A stretch of DNA of 62,290 bases, filler included, from Sandaracinaceae bacterium (GCA_947483975.1; 12 parts of 12 records of this genome joined end to end with filler, not necessarily neighbours in it), one strand, 5' to 3'. Shown: positions 1 through 10,206, counted from the whole stretch's first letter. Notes: generated by a model from the letters alone, not told the origin. A program made the numbers and translations.

Positions 1-354
1 GAGCAGCGCCGTGATCGGGGCGGCGATTTGCCCTCCCTGCCGCTGCGCCGCGCGCCGGACGACGAGGGCCGACGCGAGGGCGATCAGCGCGAGCCCGAGC
101 GCCTTCTGCGCGGCGATGGGCGAGAGCCCGACGAGCGCCGCGAGCACGCCCGGCAGCAGCCACAGCGGCCCCGTCACGCCGTCCGTCGGCGGGCCGTCGA
201 CGACGGTGAGCCCGTGCCCGCTCGCGAGCCGTGCCGCGTAGTGCGCGGTGATGAACGCGTCGTCGATCGTGAACGGCCACGCCGCGGCGCCGACGGCGAG
301 CACCGCGAGCGCCGCGAGAGGCGCCGAAGCGCGGGCCAGGTACGCGCGGATCAC
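1..354 (-). CDS. Membrane glycosyltransferase-like protein (GT-C fold, AftB-like N-terminus), 3'-truncated by window edge
   Basis: Not in the ORF track. Manual translation from GTG at 354: MIRAYLARASAPLAALAVLAVGAAAWPFTIDDAFITAHYAARLASGHGLTVVDGPPTDGVTGPLWLL. A TM helix followed by DDAFI..YA..L..G.G is typical of GT-C enzymes. Confidence 0.65.
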   Translation of the reverse strand, partial: MIRAYLARASAPLAALAVLAVGAAAWPFTIDDAFITAHYAARLASGHGLTVVDGPPTDGVTGPLWLLPGVLAALVGLSPIAAQKALGLALIALASALVVRRAAQRQGGQIAAPITALL

Positions 355-428
355 AGCCCGTTCGTTACCACGCAGCGCGGCGAAGCAGGCTCGGGAATAT
401 CTGCACTCTGCTACGCTCGGCCACGAGC

Positions 429-1934
429 ATGGACGGGGGAGACGAAACATCCGATGCGCTCGCGCGCACGCTCGAGGCGGGCACTCCGCGCGAGCGCCTC
501 GCGGCTGCGGCGACGCCTCGCCCCCGCGCGTCGGGTGACCCGCGCGCCACCGACTCGCTGCTCGGCTTCGATCTCGACCATTTCACGCTCGAGCGCCGGC
601 TCGGCCAGGGCGGGATGGGCACCGTCTACCTCGCGCGGGACCGCTCGCTCGACCGCCGCGTCGCGCTGAAGATGCTGCGCGACGACCTGAACCAGCGGTC
701 GGGGCACGAGGAGCGCTTCCTCCGGGAGGCGCGCGCGCAGGCGCGGCTGACGCACCCGAACGTCGTCCAGATCTACTACATCGGCCATCGCCCCAAGCGC
801 GCCGACGGCGCGGGCGGCTCGCTCTACTTCGCGATGGAGCTCGTCGAGGGCGGCTCGCTCGACGAGTCGATCGAGCGCGGCGAGCGGCTCCCGCCGGAGG
901 ACGCGCGCAAGGCGATGATCGAGGTCACGCGGGGGCTGCGAGCCGCGCACAGGGCCGGGATCATCCACCGCGACGTCAAGCCGTCGAACCTGCTGCGCGA
1001 CGCCAACGGCTTCATCAAGATCGCGGACTTCGGCCTCGCCAAGCCGCTCGAGCAGCCCGACGACGCCGCCATCACGCAGGAAGGCGCGATGATCGGCAGC
1101 CCCGCGTACATGGCACCCGAGCAAGCCCGCGGCGCCCCGCTCGACGCGCGCTGCGATATGTACGCGCTCGGGGCGTGCTTCTATCACCTGGTGACGGGCC
1201 AGCCGGTGTTCACGGGGCAGTCGCCGCTCGCCGTGATCGCCAAGCACCTGACGCAGCCGATCGTGCCGGTGAACACCGTCGCGCCCGAGGTGCCGAAGAA
1301 GCTCGCCGTCATCCTCGAGCGCCTGCTCGAGAAGGACCGCGAGCAGCGCTACGCGGACTACGACGCGCTCCTCGAGGAGCTCGAGGCGGCCGCCCCGCGC
1401 ACGGTCGAGTACGCCGGCTTTTGGACACGCAGCGCGGCGGTGTTGATCGACATGATGCTCGCCGCCGGGCTGGTCGCGCTGCTCGGCTGGCCGGGCATGG
1501 TGCTGCACTTCGCGCACGTGATCCTCGGCCACGCGTACTTCGGGCAGACGCTGGCGAAGTACTTCCTCCGCATCCGCGTCGTGCGCCTCGACGGGACACG
1601 CCTCGGGCTCTGGCGCTCGTTCGTGCGCACGGTCGCGTCGCTCTGGTTCTTCGTCGTCGCCGGGGGCTCGATGGCGCTCTACAGCGGCTACGGCAAGCTG
1701 CTGACGACCGTCGAGCTCATGCGCCCCGACCAGATCGAGGAGGCGCAGCACCTGCTCGTCGCCGCAGCGATCTCGAACGGGATGCTCACGCTGCTCTTCG
1801 CCGCCGGGCTCGGGCTCGCTGGCTTCCACAAGCAGAAGCGCGCGTTCCACGACCTGATCGTCGGCTCGATGGTGACCTACACCGTCGGCGCTCCTGCCCG
1901 CGCGCCCGCCTCGTCACGGTTGAAACCCGGTTGA
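429..1934 (+). CDS. Ser/Thr protein kinase with C-terminal RDD-family membrane domain
   Basis: LGQGGMGTVY, VALK, HRDVKPSN, DFG, APE motifs; C-terminus AGFWTRSAAVLIDMML...GQTLAKYFLRIRVV...KRAFHDLIVGSMV matches the RDD pattern. Confidence 0.9.
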   Translation: MDGGDETSDALARTLEAGTPRERLAAAATPRPRASGDPRATDSLLGFDLDHFTLERRLGQGGMGTVYLARDRSLDRRVALKMLRDDLNQRSGHEERFLREARAQARLTHPNVVQIYYIGHRPKRADGAGGSLYFAMELVEGGSLDESIERGERLPPEDARKAMIEVTRGLRAAHRAGIIHRDVKPSNLLRDANGFIKIADFGLAKPLEQPDDAAITQEGAMIGSPAYMAPEQARGAPLDARCDMYALGACFYHLVTGQPVFTGQSPLAVIAKHLTQPIVPVNTVAPEVPKKLAVILERLLEKDREQRYADYDALLEELEAAAPRTVEYAGFWTRSAAVLIDMMLAAGLVALLGWPGMVLHFAHVILGHAYFGQTLAKYFLRIRVVRLDGTRLGLWRSFVRTVASLWFFVVAGGSMALYSGYGKLLTTVELMRPDQIEEAQHLLVAAAISNGMLTLLFAAGLGLAGFHKQKRAFHDLIVGSMVTYTVGAPARAPASSRLKPG

Positions 1935-2005
1935 GGTAGGTCTACCGTGCCGCCTGCTCGGCTGTCGCGCGGCGGCAGGCGTGCAGCGGACGCACGACCG
2001 CTCCC

Positions 2006-3781
2006 ATGCTCAGAACCAGACTCATCGCCGGTCCGATCGCTGGGCTCGTGCTGTCGGCCGCGTTCGCCACGGTGCTCGTGGCCGTCGCCGCGTCCGAGAC
2101 GCTGATCGCGCCGCTGCGCGTGAACCCGGACGAGCCGGCGCCCGTCACGCTGCGCCTGCCCCCGGTGACCATCCGCGAGACAGCCGACAGCGGCGGCGTC
2201 GAGCTGCGCACGATCCATCCGATGATCCCGCGGGGCGAGCTCGCGCCGGACGCCCGCGTCGCGGCCCTCGCGCGCGTCTTCGAGCACGGTCGGCGTCCGC
2301 CGCGCGTCGGAGCGCTCGTCGGCTTGTGGTCGTTCTACTTCCTGCTCGCGGTCCTGCTGACGAGCTACCTGCGCACGTTCATCCCGAGCCGCGGCGCGCT
2401 GCTCCGCACGCAAGCGGGCGTCCTCGGGCTCAGCGCGGTCCTGCTCTTGATCGCGAAGCTCTTTCTGCTCTTCACACCGTTCCCGGTGACGTTGATCCCG
2501 GTCGCGGCGCTGCCTCTCTGGGCCGCGCTGCACCTCGACCGGCGCACCTCATTCATCGTCAGCACGACGCTCGCCTTCCTCACCGCGTCCTTCGTCGGCT
2601 TCAGCCTGACCGCGGTCACCGTGTTCATGGCGAGCGGCGTCGCGGCGGTCTTCTCCTTCCGCGACAAGAAGCACAGCCGGGCGCTCGTGCCCGCCGGCGT
2701 CGGCGCCGGGGTCGCGGGGGCGCTCGTGCTGATCGCGGCGAAGATGCTCTTCGAGGGCGGCATCGACATCGTCGCCGACGTCAAGCGCGTGTGGGAGTCG
2801 GAGCTGCTCGCGACGTTCGCCGGAGGCGTGCTCTCCGGCATCCTGGCGTTCCTGCTCGAGCCGCTCGCCGTCACGATCCTCGGCGTCGCGACCCGCGCCC
2901 GGCTGCTCGACCTGACCGACCTCGAGCAGCCCCTCTTGCAGAAGATCGCCCGCGAAGCGCCCGGCTCCTGGGAGCACTCGCGCGCGATGGCGAACCTGGC
3001 CGAGGCCGCCGCGGCGGCGATCGGCGCTGACGCGCTCCTCACGCGGGTCGGCGCCTACTACCACGACGTCGGCAAGACCTGTCAGCCCCAGTACTTCGTC
3101 GAGAACCTCGTCAACGGAGAGTCCTCACCGCACGCCGACCTCGAGCCCGAGGTGAGCGCGGATGCGATCATGGCGCACGTCGTCGAGGGCGTGAGGCTGC
3201 TACGCGAAGGCGGGATCCCGGAGCCCGTCGTGGAGTTCAGCTACACGCACCACGGCACCAGCGTCATCGAGTACTTCTGGCACAAGTGCCTCGAGCGCGG
3301 GAACCCGAAGAACCTGACCGAGACCTTCTTCCGCTATCCGGGGATGCGCCCGCGGAACAAGGAGACGGCCATCATGATGCTCGTCGACGCGATCGAGGCG
3401 GCGGCGCGCACCGTGAGCCCGCCCGAGCGGGCGATGTTCGAAGAGCTCGTGCAGCGGATCATCTTCGTGAAGCTGAAGCAGGGGCAGCTCGATGAGAGCG
3501 GGCTGACGCTCGAGGACCTGCGCATCATGTCGACGCGCATCGTCGAGGCGCTGGTCGGCGTCTACCACGGGCGCGTTCGCTACCCGTGGCAAGAGCGGAA
3601 GGCGAAGGGCGAGGCGCAGCTGCCGGTGCCCGGGGCCGCGACCGAGGCGGAGGTCGAGCGCGATCGCGCGGCGGCGGGCCTCGATGCCGCGCCGGCCGTG
3701 ATCGACGAGCCTCTGACCGAGCCCGAGGTCGACGCTCGCGTCACGTCGGCCGAGCCCGACGACCAACAGCCCGGTCACTGA
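2006..3781 (+). CDS. 7TM-HD (HDIG) phosphohydrolase, PgpH/YqfF-like
   Basis: Multiple TM helices, then APGSWEHS..MANLAEAAA, AYYHDVGK, YFVEN, HHGT, FRYPG, MLVDAIEAAAR. Confidence 0.88.
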   Translation: MLRTRLIAGPIAGLVLSAAFATVLVAVAASETLIAPLRVNPDEPAPVTLRLPPVTIRETADSGGVELRTIHPMIPRGELAPDARVAALARVFEHGRRPPRVGALVGLWSFYFLLAVLLTSYLRTFIPSRGALLRTQAGVLGLSAVLLLIAKLFLLFTPFPVTLIPVAALPLWAALHLDRRTSFIVSTTLAFLTASFVGFSLTAVTVFMASGVAAVFSFRDKKHSRALVPAGVGAGVAGALVLIAAKMLFEGGIDIVADVKRVWESELLATFAGGVLSGILAFLLEPLAVTILGVATRARLLDLTDLEQPLLQKIAREAPGSWEHSRAMANLAEAAAAAIGADALLTRVGAYYHDVGKTCQPQYFVENLVNGESSPHADLEPEVSADAIMAHVVEGVRLLREGGIPEPVVEFSYTHHGTSVIEYFWHKCLERGNPKNLTETFFRYPGMRPRNKETAIMMLVDAIEAAARTVSPPERAMFEELVQRIIFVKLKQGQLDESGLTLEDLRIMSTRIVEALVGVYHGRVRYPWQERKAKGEAQLPVPGAATEAEVERDRAAAGLDAAPAVIDEPLTEPEVDARVTSAEPDDQQPGH

Positions 3782-3794
3782 CGCGCGAGTCGCC

Positions 3795-4238
3795 GTGCGC
3801 CCGTCCCAGCTACCGAATCGCGCGCTCTGGGGCGCCCTCGTGGCCTGCGCGATCGCCCTCCCCGCCTGCGAGGCGCTCGGCAACCCGCCGAGTCGCTACC
3901 GCACGCCGGAGACCGAGACGCAGGTTGGGCCGTACACGTTGACCACGCGCACGGAGACCGTGCCTTCCGAGCACGCCTCCGAGCTGATGCGGCGGATCGA
4001 GGGGCGCCCGCATCACGTCGACGAGGTCGCGGCGCCGTTCCTCACGCTGGTGGTCGTGGACGTCGAACCGAGAGGCGCGGTGCTCCCACGCTATGTGTCC
4101 CTCGCGACGGACCTCGACTTCCGGGCGGGCCCGTCCGCGCGGCGGCGATGGGTCGCCCCGGGCGACGCGCGGCCGTTCGTCGCGGTCTTCGGCGCGCTCT
4201 CACCTCCGGTGGGGGCTCGCACGATCCGCAGTCGCTGA
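3795..4238 (+). CDS. Hypothetical putative lipoprotein
   Basis: Co-oriented ORF 13 nt after the HD gene; hydrophobic N-terminus ending ALPAC (lipobox-like). Confidence 0.55.
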   Translation: MRPSQLPNRALWGALVACAIALPACEALGNPPSRYRTPETETQVGPYTLTTRTETVPSEHASELMRRIEGRPHHVDEVAAPFLTLVVVDVEPRGAVLPRYVSLATDLDFRAGPSARRRWVAPGDARPFVAVFGALSPPVGARTIRSR

Positions 4239-4336
4239 CCCAGACATTCCGGTACGGCAGGAACTGACAGGCTTGAAGTGGGGCCCGCTCCGTGGTGGAA
4301 TCGGGCACCGCGTCTTGTCCGCGACCAGGAGCCCCG

Positions 4337-5187
4337 ATGCACCGCCTCTCTATGCAGTCCGCGCTCACGCTGTCGCTCGCCGGGATTCTGTGCGCTGTTG
4401 CGCTCGGCGCCGCGCCTCGAGTTCAGGCCCAGGCTGAGCAAGTCAAGCCGTACTTCATGGTGATCGTCGACAACTCCGGGTCGATGACCGCCGCGACCAC
4501 GGGCGCCGGCACGAACTCGTGCGGGCAAGCGCGGACGCGCATGAGCGACGCCAAGTGCGTGCTGCAGCGCGTGCTCGCGGGCTCAGGCGACGCGGTCTTC
4601 GGTCTCGAGCGCTTCCGCGTCGGCACGGCGGGGACTGCGTCGAGCCCATGCGTGTCCACCTGCGGCTGCACCTCCGGCCTCGTGAACACGTGCACGGGCG
4701 ATGCGTCCGCCCCCAACAGCGTCGCCGCCCACGGTCAGGTGCTCGTCCCGATCCAGGAGAGCAACACCGCGAGCCTGCTGGAGTGGGTCAACTTCACGGC
4801 CGCCTCGTGCGGCGCGACCGCGGGGACGAACCCTGAGTTGACCGCGGTCTCCAACACCCCGCTCGCTGGCGCGCTCCGCGGCGCACGCCAGTACTACTCG
4901 GGAGGGGACCTGACGTTCCCCACGAGCCCGATCATCGGCGACACGTTCCGGGGCTGCCGCCCCTACTACGTCATCCTCCTGACCGACGGCGACGAGACGT
5001 GCTCGACGCAGGCGACGTCCAACCTCGCCGCGACCGAGCTGCGCACGACGGTAGTGCCCGGGGTCGGCACCATCGACATCAAGACGTTCGTGATCGGCTT
5101 CGGGTACACGGCGGCCGACCCCGGCATCGAGGGCCTCGCGAGCGCCGGTGGCACCGACGCGCCCGGCGCGAACCTGGGCTTCTACGC
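4337..5187 (+). CDS. Secreted VWA-domain Cys-rich protein, 3'-truncated
   Basis: ATG 4337 with AGGA upstream; signal peptide; MIDAS DNSGS; TPLAGAL; VILLTDGDETC; TFVIGF. Paralogous to the gene at 43305. Confidence 0.8.
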
Positions 5188-5287
5188 NNNNNNNNNNNNN
5201 NNNNNNNNNNNNNNNNNNNNNNNNNNNNNNNTTAATTAATTAANNNNNNNNNNNNNNNNNNNNNNNNNNNNNNNNNNNNNNNNNNNN
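5188..5287. other. Artificial contig linker
   Basis: 44 N + TTAATTAATTAA + 44 N. Confidence 0.99.
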
Positions 5288-5321
5288 CGCACCCGGGCAG
5301 TGCGCTCCCCGAGGTGGTCGA

Positions 5322-6233
5322 GTGGTGAGCCGCGCCCTCGCGACCTTCGCGGCGTTCGCGCTCGCCGCGAGCCTCGCGCTCAGCGCGCAGGCCCAGGACG
5401 CGACGCAGGCGCGCGCCCTCTTCGAGCGGGGCCGCGCGAGCTCCGCCGCGGAGCAGTGGGTCGAAGCGCTCGACCTCTTCCAGCGCTCGCGCGCGATCGT
5501 CGAGCGCCCGGGGACGGTGTTCAACATCGCCGCCGTGCTCGTGCGACTCGGCCGGGCGCGCGAGGCGATGGAGGCGATCGACCGCTTCCTCGCGATCGCC
5601 GACGTGCGCCGTGATGCGGCGATGCGCGCGACGGCGAGCACGCTGCGCACGACCGCCGAGGCGAGCCTGCGGCACGTGGTGCTGCGCGTCTCGCCGGACG
5701 CCGCGCGCGTCGAGGTCGACGGCCAGCCGGTCGACTCGAGCGGCACGCTGCGCTCGCTGCTGCTCGACCCTGGCGCGCACTCCATCGCCGTCTCGCTCGA
5801 TGGGCACGAGACGGCGCGCTTCGACCTCGCGCCCGGAGACGACGCGCGTGAGGTGACGCTCCGCCCGCGTGACGGGACGCTCGTCGTCCGAAGCTCGGTG
5901 CCCACGGCCACGATCGCGATCGACGGCGAAGGCGCGGGCATCGGCCAGGCGGAGCGCACCGTCGCGCCCGGCCCGCATCAGGTCGCGCTCGCGGCCGAGG
6001 GCTACCTCGGCTTCCTGCGCACCGTCGAGATCAGCCCGGGCGAGCGCGCGCTCGTCGAGGCGGCGCTCGACCCCGAGCCTCAGCGCCACAGCGTGCTGGC
6101 GAGCCCTGTTTTCTGGGGGCTGACCGCGGGCGGCGTCGCGGTCATCGTCGTGTCGTCGATCCTGATCGCCCTCGCGACGGCGAGCACCGACGCGCCCTAT
6201 GGCGGGTCGTCGAACGTCGTGCTCGCGCCGTAG
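5322..6233 (+). CDS. TPR + PEGA domain secreted protein
   Basis: Signal peptide ending AQA-Q; TPR-like ARALFERG...FNIAAVLVRLGRAREA; two PEGA-like beta repeats; C-terminal hydrophobic segment. Confidence 0.8.
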   Translation: MVSRALATFAAFALAASLALSAQAQDATQARALFERGRASSAAEQWVEALDLFQRSRAIVERPGTVFNIAAVLVRLGRAREAMEAIDRFLAIADVRRDAAMRATASTLRTTAEASLRHVVLRVSPDAARVEVDGQPVDSSGTLRSLLLDPGAHSIAVSLDGHETARFDLAPGDDAREVTLRPRDGTLVVRSSVPTATIAIDGEGAGIGQAERTVAPGPHQVALAAEGYLGFLRTVEISPGERALVEAALDPEPQRHSVLASPVFWGLTAGGVAVIVVSSILIALATASTDAPYGGSSNVVLAP

Positions 6234-6342
6234 CGCGCCGCCGGCCCGCGCGAGATTCGTCGCGAACAGCCTCCCTTTGCGCTGAACATCGTTCAACACA
6301 GCGCGCGACTCTGGCATTCTCTCCGCACCCGGAGGTCTGCCC

Positions 6343-8334
6343 TTGTCGACTCGTCTGTACTCGCGCGCGCTCGTGTTCGCTGGTCTGCTCGCCTTCCTCG
6401 TCGGCTGCGGCGACGACGCGACCCCGACGCCTACACCCACGCCTCCGATCGAGCTCGGCATCGCGCAGGACTGCAACCCGCTCGCGATGAGCAGCGAGTG
6501 CCTGTTCCCCTTCCCGAGCCGCTATTTCCAAGCGGCTGACGCGACGACGCCGACCGGGGTGCGCGGCTCGCTGCACGATCACGTCATCGAGTTCCCGCCG
6601 GACTCCGACCCGCTCGATCTCACGGTCTTCAACCGCGCGGACGGCTACTCGCCCTCGGCGCCGCTGCTCGTGCACCTCGGCGTCGACGTCGCGCCGACGC
6701 AGCTCGTCGGGCAGCGCGACCCGGCGCATTGGGCGTCCGCGGGGGCGCCGATCGCGCTCTTCGACATGGAGACGGGCGACCAAGTCCCGATCCTCACCGA
6801 GATGGATCAGAACGCCCGCACGGCGCAGTACGTCGGGCGGCACGCGCTCATCCTGCGGCCGATGGTGCCGATGACGCTCGGGCACCGGCACGTCGCGGTG
6901 CTGACGAGCGCGCTCCGCGACGCGACGGGCGCGGCGCTCCCCGCCTCGCGCGGCTTCGAGGCGCTGCGCGACGACACGCCGACGACGCACACCGCGCTCG
7001 AGGCGTCGCGCCCCGCCTACGAGGAGGTCTTCACGTTCCTCGCGAGCAAGGGCTACGCGCGCGCAGACCTCGCGCTCGCCTTTGATTTCAAGGTCGCGAG
7101 CGAGCGGCACGTGCTCGGCGGCATCCTCTCGATGAAGGACCAAGCGCTCGCCATCGCGGCGATGCCGGGCGAGCTCGCGTACACCGTCGACCGCGTGATC
7201 GACGCGCCGAACGCGAACGTGCTGAAGATCGTCGAGGGCACGTTCGAGGTGCCGACGTTCCTCCAAGCCGACAACCGCATCGCGCGCGACGACGCGGACG
7301 GCGCCGTGCTGCAGCCGACTCGGCAGAGCTTCCCGTACACGATGGTCATCCCCGCGCAGGCGGCGACGAGCGGGCCGCTGCCGCTGGTTCTCTTTGGGCA
7401 CGGCGTCTTCGGCGAGGGGCGCGACTACCTCGAGGGCGGCATCGGCACCGACCTGATTCAGCCGCTCGCGCAGGAGCTCGGCGCCGTCGTCGTCGCGACG
7501 GATTTCATCGGGCTCTCCTCGAGCGATCAGTCGCTCTTGACCGACGAGCTCGTCACGGATCTGAACCGCGTCGTCATCGTGATGGACCGCCTGCAGCAGG
7601 CGATCGTCAACAACCTCGTGCTCGTCGAGCTCGTGCGGAACGTCATCGCGGACGACCCGATGGTGCGCGCCGTGCCGACGACGCCGATGCTCAACGACGA
7701 GGTCTACTACTACGGCGTCAGCCTCGGTGGGATCCAGGGCGCGAGCATCGTCTCGCTCTCGCCGCGCATCACGCGCGCCGTGCTCGCCGTGCCGGGCGGC
7801 GCCTGGGCGACGATGCTCACGCGCTCCGTCGTCTACAAGCCGATCAAGGAGCTCGTCGAGCTGCAGTATCCCGACCCGCTGGTCGAGCAGCTGTTCATCT
7901 CGCTCCTGCAGGAGCGCTTCGACGGCTCGGACGGCGCCAACGTCGCGCGGCTCGCGTTCCGCGACCCGCTGCCCGACGCGCCTGCCTCGCGCCGCGTCGC
8001 GATCTTCGAGGCGATCGGCGACTGCCAGGTGCCGAACCTCGTCACGCGCATCCTCGCGCGCGCGATGGGCGCCAAGCAGATGACGCCGTTCGTCGAGGAG
8101 ATCCCGCTCCTCGAGACGACGACCTCGCCGACGACGGAGCCGACGGTGATCCAGCTGCGGATGCCGACGAACCTCGCCGAGTACACGCCGCCCGACGAGA
8201 ACCTCGTGCCCGATCACGACAACGGCACGCACTCCGGCTCGCTGTCCCTGCCGAACGCGCTCGACCTCGTGCGCGGCGTGCTCGGCGAGGACGTGATCCG
8301 GCAGACCTGCATGGGCGCGTGCGACCCTGACTGA
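6343..8334 (+). CDS. Lipoprotein with alpha/beta-hydrolase (lipase-like) domain
   Basis: Lipobox LVGC; CLFPFPS and DGYSP N-terminal motifs; FGHGVFG; nucleophile elbow GVSLGG; GDCQVPN; C-terminal His. Confidence 0.78.
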   Translation: MSTRLYSRALVFAGLLAFLVGCGDDATPTPTPTPPIELGIAQDCNPLAMSSECLFPFPSRYFQAADATTPTGVRGSLHDHVIEFPPDSDPLDLTVFNRADGYSPSAPLLVHLGVDVAPTQLVGQRDPAHWASAGAPIALFDMETGDQVPILTEMDQNARTAQYVGRHALILRPMVPMTLGHRHVAVLTSALRDATGAALPASRGFEALRDDTPTTHTALEASRPAYEEVFTFLASKGYARADLALAFDFKVASERHVLGGILSMKDQALAIAAMPGELAYTVDRVIDAPNANVLKIVEGTFEVPTFLQADNRIARDDADGAVLQPTRQSFPYTMVIPAQAATSGPLPLVLFGHGVFGEGRDYLEGGIGTDLIQPLAQELGAVVVATDFIGLSSSDQSLLTDELVTDLNRVVIVMDRLQQAIVNNLVLVELVRNVIADDPMVRAVPTTPMLNDEVYYYGVSLGGIQGASIVSLSPRITRAVLAVPGGAWATMLTRSVVYKPIKELVELQYPDPLVEQLFISLLQERFDGSDGANVARLAFRDPLPDAPASRRVAIFEAIGDCQVPNLVTRILARAMGAKQMTPFVEEIPLLETTTSPTTEPTVIQLRMPTNLAEYTPPDENLVPDHDNGTHSGSLSLPNALDLVRGVLGEDVIRQTCMGACDPD

Positions 8335-8344
8335 CGCCGTCGCG

Positions 8345-8941
8345 GTGCCGCGCGCGGCGCAGGTCCGCGTCGCGCAGCCGAGCTCGATCACGGTCACCCG
8401 GCCGGCGTCCAGCGGAGGCGCGGGTGTCCCTCGCGGCGCGGGACAGCCCGCGCGCGGGCGCCTCGAGATCGTGCGGCGTTGGGGCGTCCCCGCCGACAAA
8501 GGCTGGCTCGCCTTCGCCGTGCTCTTCGGGGCGAGCGTCGCGCTCTGGCCCGCGCGGTTCTTCGCGACGGAGGTCGCGTATCCGGTGCTGCACGCGTGCT
8601 TGGCCGTGCCCTTCCTCTATTGGTGCGTCGTCAACCTCGTCAACCGCACGCGCATCGTGCTCGACGGCGCGACGCTGACGCTGCGCCATGGCCCGCTGCC
8701 CGCGGGCCGTGGCCAAGACCTCGACCTCGCGCGCATCGGCCGTTTCCTCGTCCAACGCCTGGATACCCCGAGCAAGAACGGCGGGATGTACTCGAGCTAC
8801 TCGCTCAGCGCGGAGGTCGACGGCGTCCCCGTCGACCTCGTGGGCGGCCTGCAAGAGCGAGACGAAGCGGACTATCTCGCGCAGGTGATCGAGGAGCACC
8901 TCGGGCTCACCAACGCAGCGCCGGCGAGTCCGAAGCAGTAG
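8345..8941 (+). CDS. Hypothetical membrane protein
   Basis: Two hydrophobic helices then a soluble beta-rich domain; follows the upstream gene by 10 nt; start uncertain. Confidence 0.65.
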   Translation: MPRAAQVRVAQPSSITVTRPASSGGAGVPRGAGQPARGRLEIVRRWGVPADKGWLAFAVLFGASVALWPARFFATEVAYPVLHACLAVPFLYWCVVNLVNRTRIVLDGATLTLRHGPLPAGRGQDLDLARIGRFLVQRLDTPSKNGGMYSSYSLSAEVDGVPVDLVGGLQERDEADYLAQVIEEHLGLTNAAPASPKQ

Positions 8942-8950
8942 CGCGCCGCT

Positions 8951-9334
8951 TCAATCGACGAGCGCGATGACCTCGATCTCGACGCGCGCGTCGCGCGGCA
9001 GTCGCGCGACTTGCACCGTCGAGCGCGCGGCTTGCTCGCTGACGAAGTACTTGCCGTAGACCGCGTTCACGGCGGCGAAGTCGTTCATGTCGGCGAGGTA
9101 GAGGGTCGTCTTCACGCAGCGCTCGAAGCTGCTCCCGCCCGCGGCGAGCACGGCGCGGAGGTTGTCGAGCGCGCGCGTCGCCTGCACCGTCACGTCGCCC
9201 TCGACGATCTCGCCGGTGGCGGGATCGAGCGGGATCTGCCCCGCGGTGAAGAGGAAGCCGCCCGCGCGGATGGCCTGCGAGTAGGGGCCGATGGCCTGGG
9301 GTGCGTCCTTCGTGCTGATCACCGTGCGCGTCAT
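8951..9334 (-). CDS. ridA: RidA/YjgF family reactive intermediate deaminase
   Basis: APQAIGPYSQAI, GQIPLDP, VKTTLYLADMNDFAAVNAVY, ARSTVQVARLP, VEIEVIA; start corrected to ATG 9334 (GGAGG upstream). Confidence 0.93.
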   Translation of the reverse strand: MTRTVISTKDAPQAIGPYSQAIRAGGFLFTAGQIPLDPATGEIVEGDVTVQATRALDNLRAVLAAGGSSFERCVKTTLYLADMNDFAAVNAVYGKYFVSEQAARSTVQVARLPRDARVEIEVIALVD

Positions 9335-9383
9335 CTCGAACCTCCGTTGGCGTGGGGCGCGCGAAAATAGCACCATCGCGCGG

Positions 9384-10160
9384 ATGTCGATCGCCGTCGT
9401 GACCTGGAACGTCAACTCCATCCGCGCGCGGCTCGAGCGCCTGCTCGCGTTCCTCGCGCGGCACTCGCCGGACGTCGTCTGCCTGCAAGAGCTGAAGGTC
9501 GAGGACGCGCAGTTCCCGCTCGAGGCGGTGCGCGGCGCCGGCTATCACGCCGTCCTCGCCGGGCAAAAGACGTACAACGGCGTGGCCATCCTCGCGAAGG
9601 AAGAGCCGACGGATGTGCGGCGCGGGCTCGACGACGGGGAGGACGATCCGCAGGCGCGGCTGATCGTCGCGACCGTGCGCGGCGTGCGCATCGCGAGCGC
9701 GTACTTCCCGAACGGCGGCGAGCCGACCTCGCCGAAGTATCCCTACAAGCTCGAGTGGATGAGGCGCCTGCGCGCGTACCTCGACCGGCACATCGATCCG
9801 GCGTCGCCGTTCTTGCTGTGCGGCGACTTCAACGTCGCGCCGACGGATCTCGACGCGAAGAACCCGGAGCACTGGCGCGACAGCGTGCTCGCGAACGACG
9901 AGGTGCGCGCTGCGCTCGAGCACGTGCGCGCGTTCGGGCTCGAGGATGTGTTCAGGAAGCACCATCCGGGCGAGGCGATCTACTCGTGGTGGGACTACCG
10001 CATGCTCGGCTTCCAGAAGAACGACGGGCTGCGCATCGATCACCTCTACGGCACGCCCTCCATCGCCGCGCGGTCGCTGAGCGCGTCGGTCGATCGCGAA
10101 GAGCGCAAGGGCAAAGCCGCGAGCGATCACGCGCCTGTGTTCTGCTCGTTCTCGGAGTGA
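9384..10160 (+). CDS. xth: Exodeoxyribonuclease III
   Basis: TWNVNSIRAR, CLQELK, QKTYNGVAI, YFPNG, GDFNVAP, YSWWDYR, GLRIDH, SDHAPV. Confidence 0.95.
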   Translation: MSIAVVTWNVNSIRARLERLLAFLARHSPDVVCLQELKVEDAQFPLEAVRGAGYHAVLAGQKTYNGVAILAKEEPTDVRRGLDDGEDDPQARLIVATVRGVRIASAYFPNGGEPTSPKYPYKLEWMRRLRAYLDRHIDPASPFLLCGDFNVAPTDLDAKNPEHWRDSVLANDEVRAALEHVRAFGLEDVFRKHHPGEAIYSWWDYRMLGFQKNDGLRIDHLYGTPSIAARSLSASVDREERKGKAASDHAPVFCSFSE

Positions 10161-10189
10161 CGCGCGGAGTGACGCGCCGAGTGAACGCG
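10155..10189 (+). repeat. Tandem 12-bp repeat (about 3 copies) spanning the xth stop codon
   Basis: GAGTGACGCGCG / GAGTGACGCGCC / GAGTGAACGCG. Confidence 0.65.
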
Positions 10190-10206
10190 ATGAGCGACGT
10201 GCGCGC

